DNA from: a virus | Taxonomy: Duplodnaviria; Caudoviricetes | Length of the DNA stretch: 64,000 bases | IMG/VR virus record: IMGVR_UViG_3300028172_000069 | Direction: 5' to 3' (one strand) | Part shown: one piece after another, positions 9,012 through 18,117 of the stretch | Layout of the letters: each line of letters starts with the position of its first letter | Position numbering within the stretch: position 1 is the first letter of the stretch | Position numbers and translations under genes: made by a program | Notes under the pieces: generated by a model | The model's input: the letters and a program-made list of their open reading frames with translations, nothing else | Database searches by the model: none | Told to the model about the DNA's origin: nothing

Positions 9012-10709
9012 ATGACACGCACCACCAAGACTAAACCAACCAAAGCTGCTGCGGCTGCAAAGCCAACCAAGGCTACTAAAGCGACCAAGGCCACCAAGCC
9101 GGTTGCACCAGTAAACAAGTACACGCCGGAAGTGTTTGACGACCTCGTTGCCGCAATGCAGACGCACCACGCAGAAGCACGCAACGCACACCGCGGCCCA
9201 ATGTTCACCGTAAAGACTGACGGTCTGAGCAGCCAGTGGGTTGAAGCCCTGGGTCAAGGTCACAACTGCGACGCCTGCCGTTCGTTCATCCGCCGTATGG
9301 GTGGCGCAGTGTTTGTCACTGCCGAAGGTAATCTGGTGTCGGCTGTCTGGCCTGCACTCCCGAAAGACCACCCGTACTACGAAATCGTCACGGCGATCAA
9401 GAGCGCCGTCGAACACGGCCAGATCGTCTCGGCCCTGTACGTACCAAGTGAACAAGCTGGTTCGCGCAGCACCTGGAGCGCACTCGATGGTGACGAGTAT
9501 GGTCACCTGAACGTCAAGCTGGTCGACTGCAAGGCACACGTTGCCAAAGACGACGATATCGGCGGCAAGAAGTCGGAAAGCGTCTCGCGCAAGAAGTACC
9601 TGAGCAAGGCAATCGTCGAGTGGGACATTGAACTGCTGCGCCGTGGCTTGCACCTTGTGTCGCACGACTCGCGCGTCCTCTACGGCAACACCGTGAAGGA
9701 CATGGCCAACTTCCTGTGGGAGTTCAAGGAAACACTGTCGTCGCTCAAGAAGCGTCAGGCCTCGAACTTCGTGTGGAATGCGTCTACTCAGTTCCCAGGT
9801 TGGGCAGCGCCTCGCGGTACGGCATACGGTGCGTTCCTGCAGAACTTGAGCAAGATGGGCGAAGACGACGCCATCGAAGAACTCAACAAGCACACCAAGC
9901 CTGAGAACTATCAGGTACCCAAGGCAGAAGCGACCACAGGCAACATCGAACGTGCCGAGCGCCTCGTCAAGGAAATGAATCTGGAGAGCGCGCTGAAACG
10001 CCGTGAAGCCGAGCTGAGCGATATTCCAGAGCACGGCTACATCTGGAAGCTGCCTGAGCCTGACGTTGACGCGCCGAGCGAAGGTGTTTTCGGTGGGTTG
10101 AAAGCGAAGTCCAAGAGCAAGCAGCATGGCGTAGTGCATGGTCGCGTGGCGAAGTCCAACATGACCTGGGAAAAGTTCTTGCGCGTCACCCTGCCTACCG
10201 TGCTGTCGATGCGGGTGCGGGTGCCACTCGACAAGTTTAGCGGTGCAACCATCACCGCAGCCGTAGACAGCGATTCCGCACCGCTGTTCAAATGGGACTA
10301 CGACGATGCGCGCAACCAGCTGGGCTTCATGACCTACACCGAGGCGCATGAGCCAGATCAGTGGTCGCTGAAAGGCGGTACCTGGGTAGACGCGCTGGCA
10401 GTCGTCAAGCTGCCGTGGAACATGGACCTTACCCGCCGCGTGCCGAAGTTTGTAGACGGTGCTGTGATCGTGGTCAAAGATGCGCGTGACCAGAACGACG
10501 TCGGCAACGGCCTGTTCCCAGTCGCGCTGCGTCCGGAGCTGTTTGAGGTGCGTGCTACCATCCAGCAGTTCTCGGAAGAGAGCACGCTGCATCCTGTTGA
10601 TGGTCAGTGCGTCGCTGGTATGTACGTCCATGTGAACAATCGTCCGTTCCGCCTCGAGGTCACCACCAAGACTGGCGTGATCGACGTGACCATCGACCGC
10701 TTCGATTAA
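9012..10709 (+). CDS. phage protein with Lys/Ala/Thr-rich N-terminal repeat and HNCDAC motif
   Basis: 565 aa from ATG 9012 (AAGGA SD); KPTKA/KAT repeats. Confidence 0.85.
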   Translation: MTRTTKTKPTKAAAAAKPTKATKATKATKPVAPVNKYTPEVFDDLVAAMQTHHAEARNAHRGPMFTVKTDGLSSQWVEALGQGHNCDACRSFIRRMGGAVFVTAEGNLVSAVWPALPKDHPYYEIVTAIKSAVEHGQIVSALYVPSEQAGSRSTWSALDGDEYGHLNVKLVDCKAHVAKDDDIGGKKSESVSRKKYLSKAIVEWDIELLRRGLHLVSHDSRVLYGNTVKDMANFLWEFKETLSSLKKRQASNFVWNASTQFPGWAAPRGTAYGAFLQNLSKMGEDDAIEELNKHTKPENYQVPKAEATTGNIERAERLVKEMNLESALKRREAELSDIPEHGYIWKLPEPDVDAPSEGVFGGLKAKSKSKQHGVVHGRVAKSNMTWEKFLRVTLPTVLSMRVRVPLDKFSGATITAAVDSDSAPLFKWDYDDARNQLGFMTYTEAHEPDQWSLKGGTWVDALAVVKLPWNMDLTRRVPKFVDGAVIVVKDARDQNDVGNGLFPVALRPELFEVRATIQQFSEESTLHPVDGQCVAGMYVHVNNRPFRLEVTTKTGVIDVTIDRFD

Positions 10710-10721
10710 TCCACGCAGTAC

Positions 10722-10745
10722 AGAGGGCGCGCAATCGCCCTCTTT
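10722..10745 (+). terminator. weak intrinsic terminator or stabilising hairpin
   Basis: AGAGGGCG-CGCAAT-CGCCCTCT then TT, directly after 9012 gene. Confidence 0.5.
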
Positions 10746-10756
10746 GAGGACTCAGG

Positions 10757-11395
10757 ATGAACAAGCTCCAAAGCATGATCCAGTACCCACTCACCCACAA
10801 AGAGTTTGTGCGGGTACTGCCGAACATCTGCAACATGATGGGCCTGCGCTACCATTCGTCGAGCGACGGTCCAATGTCGAACAAGGTCTACACTCTGGAG
10901 ACAGAGGACAAGATCAAGGTAGAGTGGACGATCGACCGCACTGTACCTGCACAGCGCCAGCACCTCATCCGCATCGTCGTGATCGCTGACGAGGAGGTCT
11001 CCGAGCGCCAGAGCTTTGAAGAGGCTCTCGATCTGTTCCGCAAGGTCGTTGGCAACAAGCTCAACGAGAACCCGATGACGGCTCGCGTGGTTGATACGCT
11101 CCACCCAAGCGTCAAGATTCTGCGCATGGGCGAAACTGACGTATCGCTGTTCTCCGTACGCAACCTGCTGCTAGTCAGCGACAACGCCGCGTTCCTGCAA
11201 GAGTTTGGCCTGAAGTACGAAGGTCCAACCAACCCGCTGGAAATCAAGCGTGACCTTGAACATCACGCAGTAAGCGCCAAGCTGCGCGTCTGTGAAATGG
11301 ACGTGGTCGATCCGCTGAACGGCGTGTACATGCTGCAAATGCTGACGGCCACACTCGACAGCTTCCACATGGTAATCAAGGAGGGTGCAGAATGA
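10757..11395 (+). CDS. hypothetical protein
   Basis: 212 aa, GAGGA SD. Confidence 0.75.
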   Translation: MNKLQSMIQYPLTHKEFVRVLPNICNMMGLRYHSSSDGPMSNKVYTLETEDKIKVEWTIDRTVPAQRQHLIRIVVIADEEVSERQSFEEALDLFRKVVGNKLNENPMTARVVDTLHPSVKILRMGETDVSLFSVRNLLLVSDNAAFLQEFGLKYEGPTNPLEIKRDLEHHAVSAKLRVCEMDVVDPLNGVYMLQMLTATLDSFHMVIKEGAE

Positions 11396-12429
11396 GCAAG
11401 GCGCAAGAAGTACAAGGCATGCGCTCCCAACTGTGGGGTCGTGAGTTGGACAGCGAGTTTGTCATACACCAGTTGAAGGCAATCTTCGAGAAGCACGAGC
11501 TGGAGATTCACATCCGCAAGCGCCGTGAGGCGGGCTGCGCAGTCAAGCAGCATATCCTGCCGTTCGCGTATCGCTGGACTGGTACCTTCCAGCTGGGTGA
11601 TTACTACTACGAGTTTGCGATCCCGGAAAAGACCATCCATTCGCATAACGTGACGCCGCTGAGCCCCACTCAAATTCAGCGGTTCCTACGACGCAACTCG
11701 TGGTTCACGCGCAAGATCGTCAGTGAGAAAAACGACATTGACCGCCTTCACGGCGTGAAGAATCCTACACCGGACGTGTTTGATTCGTCCAGCCGTTTCT
11801 TGCGAGACGTACTGGATAAGGCAGAAGCCCACGTCAAAGCACTTGAAGTTGCCGCAGCACTACGCGCCCAGCAAGAAGCACTTACCAAGGACGCCGCTCC
11901 AACAGACCATTCGCAGTTCGGTCTGATCGGCGTTTGCGCTGGCAAGATGGTTCGCGTGCCTGTAGTCCTGGGCATGGACCGTCTGGTGTGCATCAACAAC
12001 GCGGCGTTCTTCGAGGCGTTCACGTCCGATCTGACTCCGATGGGTCTGAATGACGACGAGTTCCTAGACTTCTTGAGCGATGCCGAAGAAGAGGAAGACA
12101 GTGTCCTCAATATTCCGAAGGGCATTGAGCAAGCCTTCAAGGACTGGTTGACGCTTGACCACGATGAAGAAGAAAACATCAAGCTCACCGACGTGCAGGC
12201 AGACAAGTATGGCGATCTGGTAACCCTGACGTTTGCTGTCGCTGGTCGCGAACTCACCGTGATCACGTCGCTGCGTGAGCTCCAGAAGATTCCGGCGTTC
12301 GATCCGCTCAAAGAACTGAACGACTACCTGCCAAAGAAACCCAAGGTAGCACAAAGCGGCAAGAAAGCCAAAGCAGCGCAAGACGACGACGACGATGACG
12401 ACGATACCGACGAAGAAGATTTCCGCTAA
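11392..12429 (+). CDS. hypothetical protein with highly acidic C-terminal tail
   Basis: 345 aa, ends DDDDDDDDTDEEDFR. Confidence 0.8.
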   Translation: MSKAQEVQGMRSQLWGRELDSEFVIHQLKAIFEKHELEIHIRKRREAGCAVKQHILPFAYRWTGTFQLGDYYYEFAIPEKTIHSHNVTPLSPTQIQRFLRRNSWFTRKIVSEKNDIDRLHGVKNPTPDVFDSSSRFLRDVLDKAEAHVKALEVAAALRAQQEALTKDAAPTDHSQFGLIGVCAGKMVRVPVVLGMDRLVCINNAAFFEAFTSDLTPMGLNDDEFLDFLSDAEEEEDSVLNIPKGIEQAFKDWLTLDHDEEENIKLTDVQADKYGDLVTLTFAVAGRELTVITSLRELQKIPAFDPLKELNDYLPKKPKVAQSGKKAKAAQDDDDDDDDTDEEDFR

Positions 12430-12547
12430 TACCGCAGCAACTGTAAAGGCACAAGTGAAAGCTCCTGTGCCAGTGCAGCAACCACAGAAGCTCTCGACTC
12501 CAGTAAACGAAGTCGACCGACTTATGTCCATGTTCAACTCCCTGTAA
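12395..12547 (+). CDS. candidate 50-aa small protein below ORF-track cutoff
   Basis: MTTIPTKKISANTAATVKAQVKAPVPVQQPQKLSTPVNEVDRLMSMFNSL fills the 12430-12558 gap; no clear SD. Confidence 0.4.
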   Translation: MTTIPTKKISANTAATVKAQVKAPVPVQQPQKLSTPVNEVDRLMSMFNSL

Positions 12548-12558
12548 GGAATACCATC

Positions 12559-12975
12559 ATGCCTATCCTTGTCCTGGTTGCCAGCGATGAAGCCGTCGCA
12601 AAAGCCACGAAGGAAGCTGTAGAACTCAACGTACCGCTGAACCAACTGCTGCAAGAGCGTTTCAGCGAATTCCTGCTGGGTGATCGTAAACCTGCTGCCA
12701 AGGCCAAAGCTGCCAAGGCAGGCGACGAAATCCCTGAGCCGAACGAGCACCAGCAGGTGGTCAATCGTCTGGTGACCTACGCGCAAGAAAACTACGCGGG
12801 CTGCGGTGAGTTCACCTTCACTCAACTGGTCGGCGAGTTTGATCCGGAAGAAACCATCGACAAGCAATCGCGCACCAAGTACGCCTCGATGTTCAGCAAG
12901 GCGACCGAAGGCGACGTCGGTGTTGTGAAGAAAGGCAAGAACTCCAAGCAGGTCACTGTGTACGAAGTGGCCTGA
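12559..12975 (+). CDS. hypothetical protein
   Basis: 138 aa, TAAGGA SD. Confidence 0.8.
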   Translation: MPILVLVASDEAVAKATKEAVELNVPLNQLLQERFSEFLLGDRKPAAKAKAAKAGDEIPEPNEHQQVVNRLVTYAQENYAGCGEFTFTQLVGEFDPEETIDKQSRTKYASMFSKATEGDVGVVKKGKNSKQVTVYEVA

Positions 12976-12976
12976 C

Positions 12977-13384
12977 ATGGAACTGACCAGTGATCTGGTC
13001 TCTCTCATGCACCTCCATCGGCTGTCGATGTTCCGGCGCCCGATGGAGGATAGCATCAACCACGTCAACTTCATGTTGAATGTCGGCGTGCTGCACTACG
13101 ACAGAGAGACGCAGCAACGAGTGTCGGCTGTCCAGATTCAACGCGTGTACACCGACGTCGATCAACAACGGAAGGGCCACTTCAAAGCCTTCCTCCTAGC
13201 AATCGAAGCCGAAGCTGTACGGCTCAACTATGGTGTGGTGCGAGTCGATCAGGTGCACAACGAGCACTTGCTTGCATTCCTGGAGCGATCTGGGTATGTG
13301 CGATATGACGACGAAGTTGCACCTGTAATGGTAAAGCGACTGCCGCTTATGGTGAATCACCCATGGAACCAAGACACGCAATAA
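12977..13384 (+). CDS. GNAT-like acetyltransferase
   Basis: VYTDVDQQRKGHF (Q/RxxG motif A) and NEHLLAFLERSGY (motif B-like). Confidence 0.6.
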   Translation: MELTSDLVSLMHLHRLSMFRRPMEDSINHVNFMLNVGVLHYDRETQQRVSAVQIQRVYTDVDQQRKGHFKAFLLAIEAEAVRLNYGVVRVDQVHNEHLLAFLERSGYVRYDDEVAPVMVKRLPLMVNHPWNQDTQ

Positions 13385-13881
13385 TTCTCACCGGCCTGTT
13401 CTGTTTGTGGACGCTGCTCATAATCTGGTTCTCACACAACCGGGCTCAGAAGCTCCGCAAAGATCAGGAAGCCTTCCAGAAGTTCATGGTTGAAAAGAGC
13501 GACGAACTTCAAGCGTCCATGAACGAACTGCGCACGCAAGGCCGTCTGGTCAACAACGTGCAACGAGCCACGAGCGGCGCGCTGTGCAGTGCAGCCCGAC
13601 TGCTGGCAGACGTGGTCATGAGCGTCAAGCACATTGCCAACTTGAGCAATGGCCACGAAAAGAAAGACCAGTTCGACAATCACATTCGGGTGATCCTCGA
13701 CGCCATCGAGAAGATCGACCTGAGTGCTGCTGAAAACCAGATGGTCAAACTCGGAGAATACCATGACGAACAAGAACGCCTCGAACAATCAGGTCGACGT
13801 AATGACACGGCTCGCAGCCGAATCAAACGGGGTGTCGACCGAGCATGTTACCTTAGCAATGAGAAACAAGGTAAAGAATGA
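13363..13881 (+). CDS. membrane-anchored coiled-coil protein
   Basis: N-terminal TM AIILTGLFCLWTLLIIWF then heptads. Confidence 0.7.
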   Translation: MEPRHAIILTGLFCLWTLLIIWFSHNRAQKLRKDQEAFQKFMVEKSDELQASMNELRTQGRLVNNVQRATSGALCSAARLLADVVMSVKHIANLSNGHEKKDQFDNHIRVILDAIEKIDLSAAENQMVKLGEYHDEQERLEQSGRRNDTARSRIKRGVDRACYLSNEKQGKE

Positions 13882-13945
13882 CCTGTGGCCGTTGATGTAC
13901 ACCGCAGGTCTGGGGTCAGTTCGTAAAGCGGCTGGCCTGAACTAA
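13763..13945 (+). CDS. hypothetical protein (MTNKNASNNQ...), overlaps previous gene by 119 nt
   Basis: GGAGAATACC-ATG start context; fills the gap before 14001. Confidence 0.45.
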   Translation: MTNKNASNNQVDVMTRLAAESNGVSTEHVTLAMRNKVKNDLWPLMYTAGLGSVRKAAGLN

Positions 13946-14000
13946 ACGCAAGGCAGTGACGCCCAATGGGATAGCTGCCTTTTATTTGGCCTGTTTATGC

Positions 14001-14015
14001 ACTACTGATTTCAGT
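14001..14015 (+). promoter_or_regulatory. palindromic motif copy 2 ACTACTGATTTCAGT
   Basis: 12 nt before ATG 14028, abutting its AAGGAG SD. Confidence 0.65.
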
Positions 14016-14027
14016 AAAGGAGCAGTC

Positions 14028-14411
14028 ATGCTGCGATTCACTGCACAACATAACCAAGAGGTTGTAGCGACGCATAGCCTGAGCAACCCGAGCCGTTGGG
14101 AGTCTGTGCTGAACAACACCTTCATCCAGCCATATGCTGGTGAAGTCATTAAGCTGGAACGCTGGCAGTTCCTCCAGATCATCGTCAACATTAGCGCTGA
14201 GTCCCAGAAGCTGCTGGGTATGATCGGACACAAGATGGGCAACATTCACACGCTGGTGCACGCCAAACGGCACCCGGCCTACGTCAACATTCGCGTCGGT
14301 GAGATTGACGACCCGATGGTTGATCTGATGGAGCTCAACGCCGTGCTGGGTCTGCTGTACTCTGCGGCTAAGGGCAGCGACGTGGTCACGCTAACCAACG
14401 CGACTACCTAA
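14028..14411 (+). CDS. hypothetical protein (start ATG 14028)
   Basis: AAGGAG SD. Confidence 0.75.
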   Translation: MLRFTAQHNQEVVATHSLSNPSRWESVLNNTFIQPYAGEVIKLERWQFLQIIVNISAESQKLLGMIGHKMGNIHTLVHAKRHPAYVNIRVGEIDDPMVDLMELNAVLGLLYSAAKGSDVVTLTNATT

Positions 14412-14435
14412 CCTATAATCTTCACCACTAAGTCC

Positions 14436-14465
14436 TTGTACTACTGATTTCAGTTATGCTATAAT
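14436..14465 (+). promoter_or_regulatory. sigma70-type promoter with motif copy 3 (14440-14454) in the spacer
   Basis: TTGTAC-N18-TATAAT with extended -10 TGnTATAAT; ACTACTGATTTCAGT overlaps -35 and spacer. Confidence 0.75.
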
Positions 14466-14528
14466 GGTCGAGTGAAGCATACTATGCTCGCACTTCATTG
14501 GTTATGGACTTAGTTAAGGTAAACGAAC

Positions 14529-15068
14529 ATGACAACAAAACTACGCGGCGCACCAAAGCACGTCACCGAGGCAGCGAATCAAGGCCTCAAGGTGAAAGCC
14601 AAACGCAAACTATTCGGCTTGTCGTCTGCTGACGTCGGTCGCATGATTGGCTTCGACGGTGTTCGCCTGAGTCGCGCCGAGTCTGGCTTGCGAGTAGTTG
14701 GCGCCTACGGCATTCTCAACCGTGCCCTGCACTTCCTCAAGGTGCTGGAGCAGAAGCACGGTGTTCGTCCACTCAAGGCAGTGAAGAAGACGCAACTCAC
14801 TGTGGTCGCCAAGGCCATGGTCGAGCGTGTGTTTATCTCAGGTGCCGACGTGGTCACAGTGCCTGTCGAGGACGTCGAGGTGATCGTTACTCGGGAGACG
14901 GGCGCCGAAGTGTTTGTGGTGAATGAGCTGGCGATGCTGCTGGCTGCATACTGCGCACGCACCAAGACGACTCAAGGCGAAATGTACAACGTCGCCCTCA
15001 ACAATGGGATCGTGACATTCATGCGGTCCGCAAACTTTGCACCAATCGCATGGGAGGTTCTGCCATGA
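14529..15068 (+). CDS. Xre-like helix-turn-helix protein
   Basis: RKLFGLSSADVGRMIGFDGVRLSRAESG fits Xre/Cro HTH pattern. Confidence 0.65.
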   Translation: MTTKLRGAPKHVTEAANQGLKVKAKRKLFGLSSADVGRMIGFDGVRLSRAESGLRVVGAYGILNRALHFLKVLEQKHGVRPLKAVKKTQLTVVAKAMVERVFISGADVVTVPVEDVEVIVTRETGAEVFVVNELAMLLAAYCARTKTTQGEMYNVALNNGIVTFMRSANFAPIAWEVLP

Positions 15069-15565
15069 GCCGCATTGCATTCCACATCTTCTACGCCGAA
15101 CAGCGCGCCAAGTCTGGCCTGAACCGTGCAGAGTTTGCAGCCAAGATCGGCATTAGCCACGAGACTGGCAGCAAGTACGAGAACGGCGAGTGGTACCCGA
15201 GCTTCGCCACGCTGCGCAAACTCGAACGCACCATGGACCAGAATCTGGAGCTGTTCTACATGCCGCCTGCGTATCGTCTGGAGCTCGACATTCTGACCGA
15301 CGCGCCCAAGGCATTGCCCGAAGAGTTGCTGCGCATCATTCGCAAGCGTCGTGCGTGCACCTTCAAGTACGTCGGTGACATTGGCCGCACGGGCGCGTGC
15401 ACCTTTCAGTTTCAGTCGAAGACGCGAGCGCACCTCGAGGAGATTATCGACACCTACTCGGCGAACGACCCAAGCGAAGCCGTGTACCTGAAGAACACCA
15501 TCAAGATGGTCGACTTCAATCCCGATGATGAATTCGGTGGCGTCAAGAACAACACCGTCGAGTAA
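15065..15565 (+). CDS. Xre/Cro-CI family HTH transcriptional regulator
   Basis: RAKSGLNRAEFAAKIGISHETGSKYENGEWYPSFATLRKL; ATGA overlap. Confidence 0.85.
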   Translation: MSRIAFHIFYAEQRAKSGLNRAEFAAKIGISHETGSKYENGEWYPSFATLRKLERTMDQNLELFYMPPAYRLELDILTDAPKALPEELLRIIRKRRACTFKYVGDIGRTGACTFQFQSKTRAHLEEIIDTYSANDPSEAVYLKNTIKMVDFNPDDEFGGVKNNTVE

Positions 15566-15578
15566 GAGATAAGTTTGC

Positions 15579-15602
15579 CTGTGCGTTCTGCGGAGCGCAC
15601 AG
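15579..15602 (+). other. intergenic hairpin with UNCG tetraloop, no real U-tract
   Basis: CTGTGCGTTC-TGCG-GAGCGCACAG. Confidence 0.6.
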
Positions 15603-15631
15603 TTGAGCTGGACTCACTCAAGGAGCAACAC

Positions 15632-16915
15632 ATGGACAAGACTAGCCTCCCGAAAGGCATCACGCTCGAAGGCTTCACGCCAGAGGGCAACCTGATTCTC
15701 ACCAACGCGATGACTGCGTGGCCTGACGTTGTTAGCCACGGTGATGGTAAGTTCAAAGCGCTGGCCGAAGATGCGAACGACACCACGCGCATCTACGTGC
15801 GGATGCGTGATCTGCCCTCGATGCCAAGTGAGCGCAAGGCAGAACGTCGAGCCCTCAAAGGCGGCCTCCCAAAGGGAACGTACACCATGGGTACCGACAG
15901 TGTCGGCAACCTTGTACTCGGTATGCAGGCGGGTGAAGATGTAGACTGGCCAGAGTCGTTTGAACTCGAAGGCGTGAAGTACGTCGGCATACCGTGCTCG
16001 CCCAACACCATGCGTGTGTACGCCATTGCCGAGAACATCGCAAAAGTGGAGCCGGAAGCGCACAGCTACGACTTCCACAAGAATCACCACACCAGCCCGA
16101 CGGCGCGACTCATTGCACTGTCGCCGCGTGAGCGCATCCTCGCCCTGACCAAAGCGCCTGGGTATGACGTGCGCAACATCAAGGTGACGATCAGCGCCAA
16201 CGGCATTGATATGAGCCCAGACGATCTGGACGACTGGATCGAGACAGAGGTGCGTGGTCGTGTCGCTCGTCTGATGCGCCACAAGGGCCTACATAGCATC
16301 GAGTCGGCAGCACGTCGTCGCGTTATCGAAGGTGTTCGTGGTCACTTCGATAGTATTGAAACCAGCATCGCCGAACTGATGCAGGTGATGGACATGCACC
16401 GTGAAAGCCTCGATGGTATCGGACGCATGTTCTGGGATCACAAAGAGCAGAGCGAACTGGCAAGCATCGGCTGCTTTAGCGTCGTGATGCCCAAGGCCCT
16501 CGAATCCTACATGGAAGAGCCGTCGCAGCAATGGCGCCACAATGCCATGTTGTTCTTCATCGACCTGGTGCGCAACACCTACCAGAACGTGGACGAGTAC
16601 GGCCGTGAGAAGTTTGAACGCCTAGCGTCGAACATCCGTGCGCAACTTGAAGCCAACGAGTGTGAACTGTTCGACTCGTGGTACGGTGTCGCCAAGCAAG
16701 GTCACCAGATCAACGTAGCTGAGCTGGTCGAGTTGTTGGAAGCGCGTTGGTTGGAAGAAGTGCGACCTGCGATAGATCAACTCGCCACAGAGCCTGATCC
16801 GCAAGGGCAGAAAACGCGCAAGATTCAAGCGATCACGCGCACCTGCCGCACAGCCGCAATTACCGAATACCTTGAAGGCAAAGGTATCACTTGCAAGAAG
16901 GAAGAAGCCGAATGA
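15632..16915 (+). CDS. hypothetical protein (start ATG 15632)
   Basis: 427 aa, AAGGAG SD. Confidence 0.8.
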   Translation: MDKTSLPKGITLEGFTPEGNLILTNAMTAWPDVVSHGDGKFKALAEDANDTTRIYVRMRDLPSMPSERKAERRALKGGLPKGTYTMGTDSVGNLVLGMQAGEDVDWPESFELEGVKYVGIPCSPNTMRVYAIAENIAKVEPEAHSYDFHKNHHTSPTARLIALSPRERILALTKAPGYDVRNIKVTISANGIDMSPDDLDDWIETEVRGRVARLMRHKGLHSIESAARRRVIEGVRGHFDSIETSIAELMQVMDMHRESLDGIGRMFWDHKEQSELASIGCFSVVMPKALESYMEEPSQQWRHNAMLFFIDLVRNTYQNVDEYGREKFERLASNIRAQLEANECELFDSWYGVAKQGHQINVAELVELLEARWLEEVRPAIDQLATEPDPQGQKTRKIQAITRTCRTAAITEYLEGKGITCKKEEAE

Positions 16916-17763
16916 GTAAAGCCATGCAGTACCGTGAAGTCGTCAAAATCCATCTGGCGCAGATTGCCAAAGAGCATGGCATAGTGTTTATCCACGTCGC
17001 GGACGCCGGCAGCCGTAGCTGGGGTTCGAGCACCGAAGATTCTGACATTGACCTGAAGTGCATCCACGTCAAACTGCCGTGGGCACGCAATGTGGAAGAA
17101 TCCACAGACACGCTGCGCAGCACGCAAACAATCCGCATCCTTGGTACTGCTGGCGATGACGTGCCAGTGAGCATTGACCTACAGTCGTTTGAACTGCGCA
17201 AGGCTCTCCAGTTGCTGACCCGTAGCGATCCCGTGTTCTACGACATGGTGTACAGCCCGGGCGTCATGGCGCAATCGGAAATGATGCACAGTTGCGTCTA
17301 CCCTATGGTCGAAGCGTACCAGAACCGTTCGCTGATGGCACGACGCTACGCTGAAATGGCGTTCAACAATCTGTGGCCAGAGCGCAGTTCGCGTGACCCA
17401 GAAGTGCGTGACAACCCGCCGACCAAGCGTGCGCTGATGTTGGCCCTGCGCTTCACCATGTTGTGCGAAGCGGTGATGCAGGACAAGAGCTACAAGGTGC
17501 GCGATTACCAAGGCCTGATCGACCTCGACTTGGCTGCTGGGTACAAGCGCATGTGGCCAGAGGTCATGGATTACAACGATGTGGAAGTGCACCACCACAC
17601 GGCAATCATGCGTGACTTCCTCGACTTCCTGACGCGCAGGCAGAAAGAGTTCCCGCTGCCGGGTGAGCGCAATCGTGATATGCACCTGTGCCAGCGAGCG
17701 TACAGCGCGATCACCAAGCACGTCGTCCTCAACTACACTGAATCGCACCTCGACTGGAAGTAA
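16912..17763 (+). CDS. DNA polymerase beta-superfamily nucleotidyltransferase (YcgL/PF10127-like)
   Basis: AGSRSWGSSTEDSDID matches the family GSRAWG...DSDYD motif; DLQSFELRKALQLL. Confidence 0.8.
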   Translation: MSKAMQYREVVKIHLAQIAKEHGIVFIHVADAGSRSWGSSTEDSDIDLKCIHVKLPWARNVEESTDTLRSTQTIRILGTAGDDVPVSIDLQSFELRKALQLLTRSDPVFYDMVYSPGVMAQSEMMHSCVYPMVEAYQNRSLMARRYAEMAFNNLWPERSSRDPEVRDNPPTKRALMLALRFTMLCEAVMQDKSYKVRDYQGLIDLDLAAGYKRMWPEVMDYNDVEVHHHTAIMRDFLDFLTRRQKEFPLPGERNRDMHLCQRAYSAITKHVVLNYTESHLDWK

Positions 17764-17766
17764 CCT

Positions 17767-18117
17767 ATGCTGATCCTGATGTTCCAAAGCCGTGAAGTTC
17801 TCGCTCGGCATCTGGCTAAGCAGTGCAAGCGCATTGCAGAAATTTCCCTGATTCAAGAAGACCTCGTGGACATTGAGTACCAAGACGGTGATCGGGTGAA
17901 GAAGTTTGTGGCTATCGGCGTGAGCGAATCGCATCTGCCGTTGTCACTCGGTCTGGTTACTTCATCGTCGCTGGCATTCACGGTGCACGGCGATGGCAGT
18001 CGCACGCCGCACAGCTTCGACACACTGGACCTGAGCCATCACAAGCCAGTGGGTGAAGTGCTCGACCTCGTTCAGTCCAAAGTCACTGTCGAGACCAAGT
18101 GGAGGTTGACCAAATGA
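17767..18117 (+). CDS. hypothetical protein
   Basis: 116 aa, tiling. Confidence 0.7.
   Translation: MLILMFQSREVLARHLAKQCKRIAEISLIQEDLVDIEYQDGDRVKKFVAIGVSESHLPLSLGLVTSSSLAFTVHGDGSRTPHSFDTLDLSHHKPVGEVLDLVQSKVTVETKWRLTK

Noticed and set aside
8958-10631. 557-aa - strand ORF
   Set aside because: Antisense shadow of the real 9012-10709 gene, typical of GC-biased codon usage; no SD or protein-like motifs
12382-12405. GAC/GAT trinucleotide run as a contingency repeat
   Set aside because: Encodes the poly-Asp tail in frame with mixed codons; triplet slippage would not switch phase
14414-14419. Second TATAAT upstream of the HTH promoter
   Set aside because: No -35 or extended -10 at a suitable spacing
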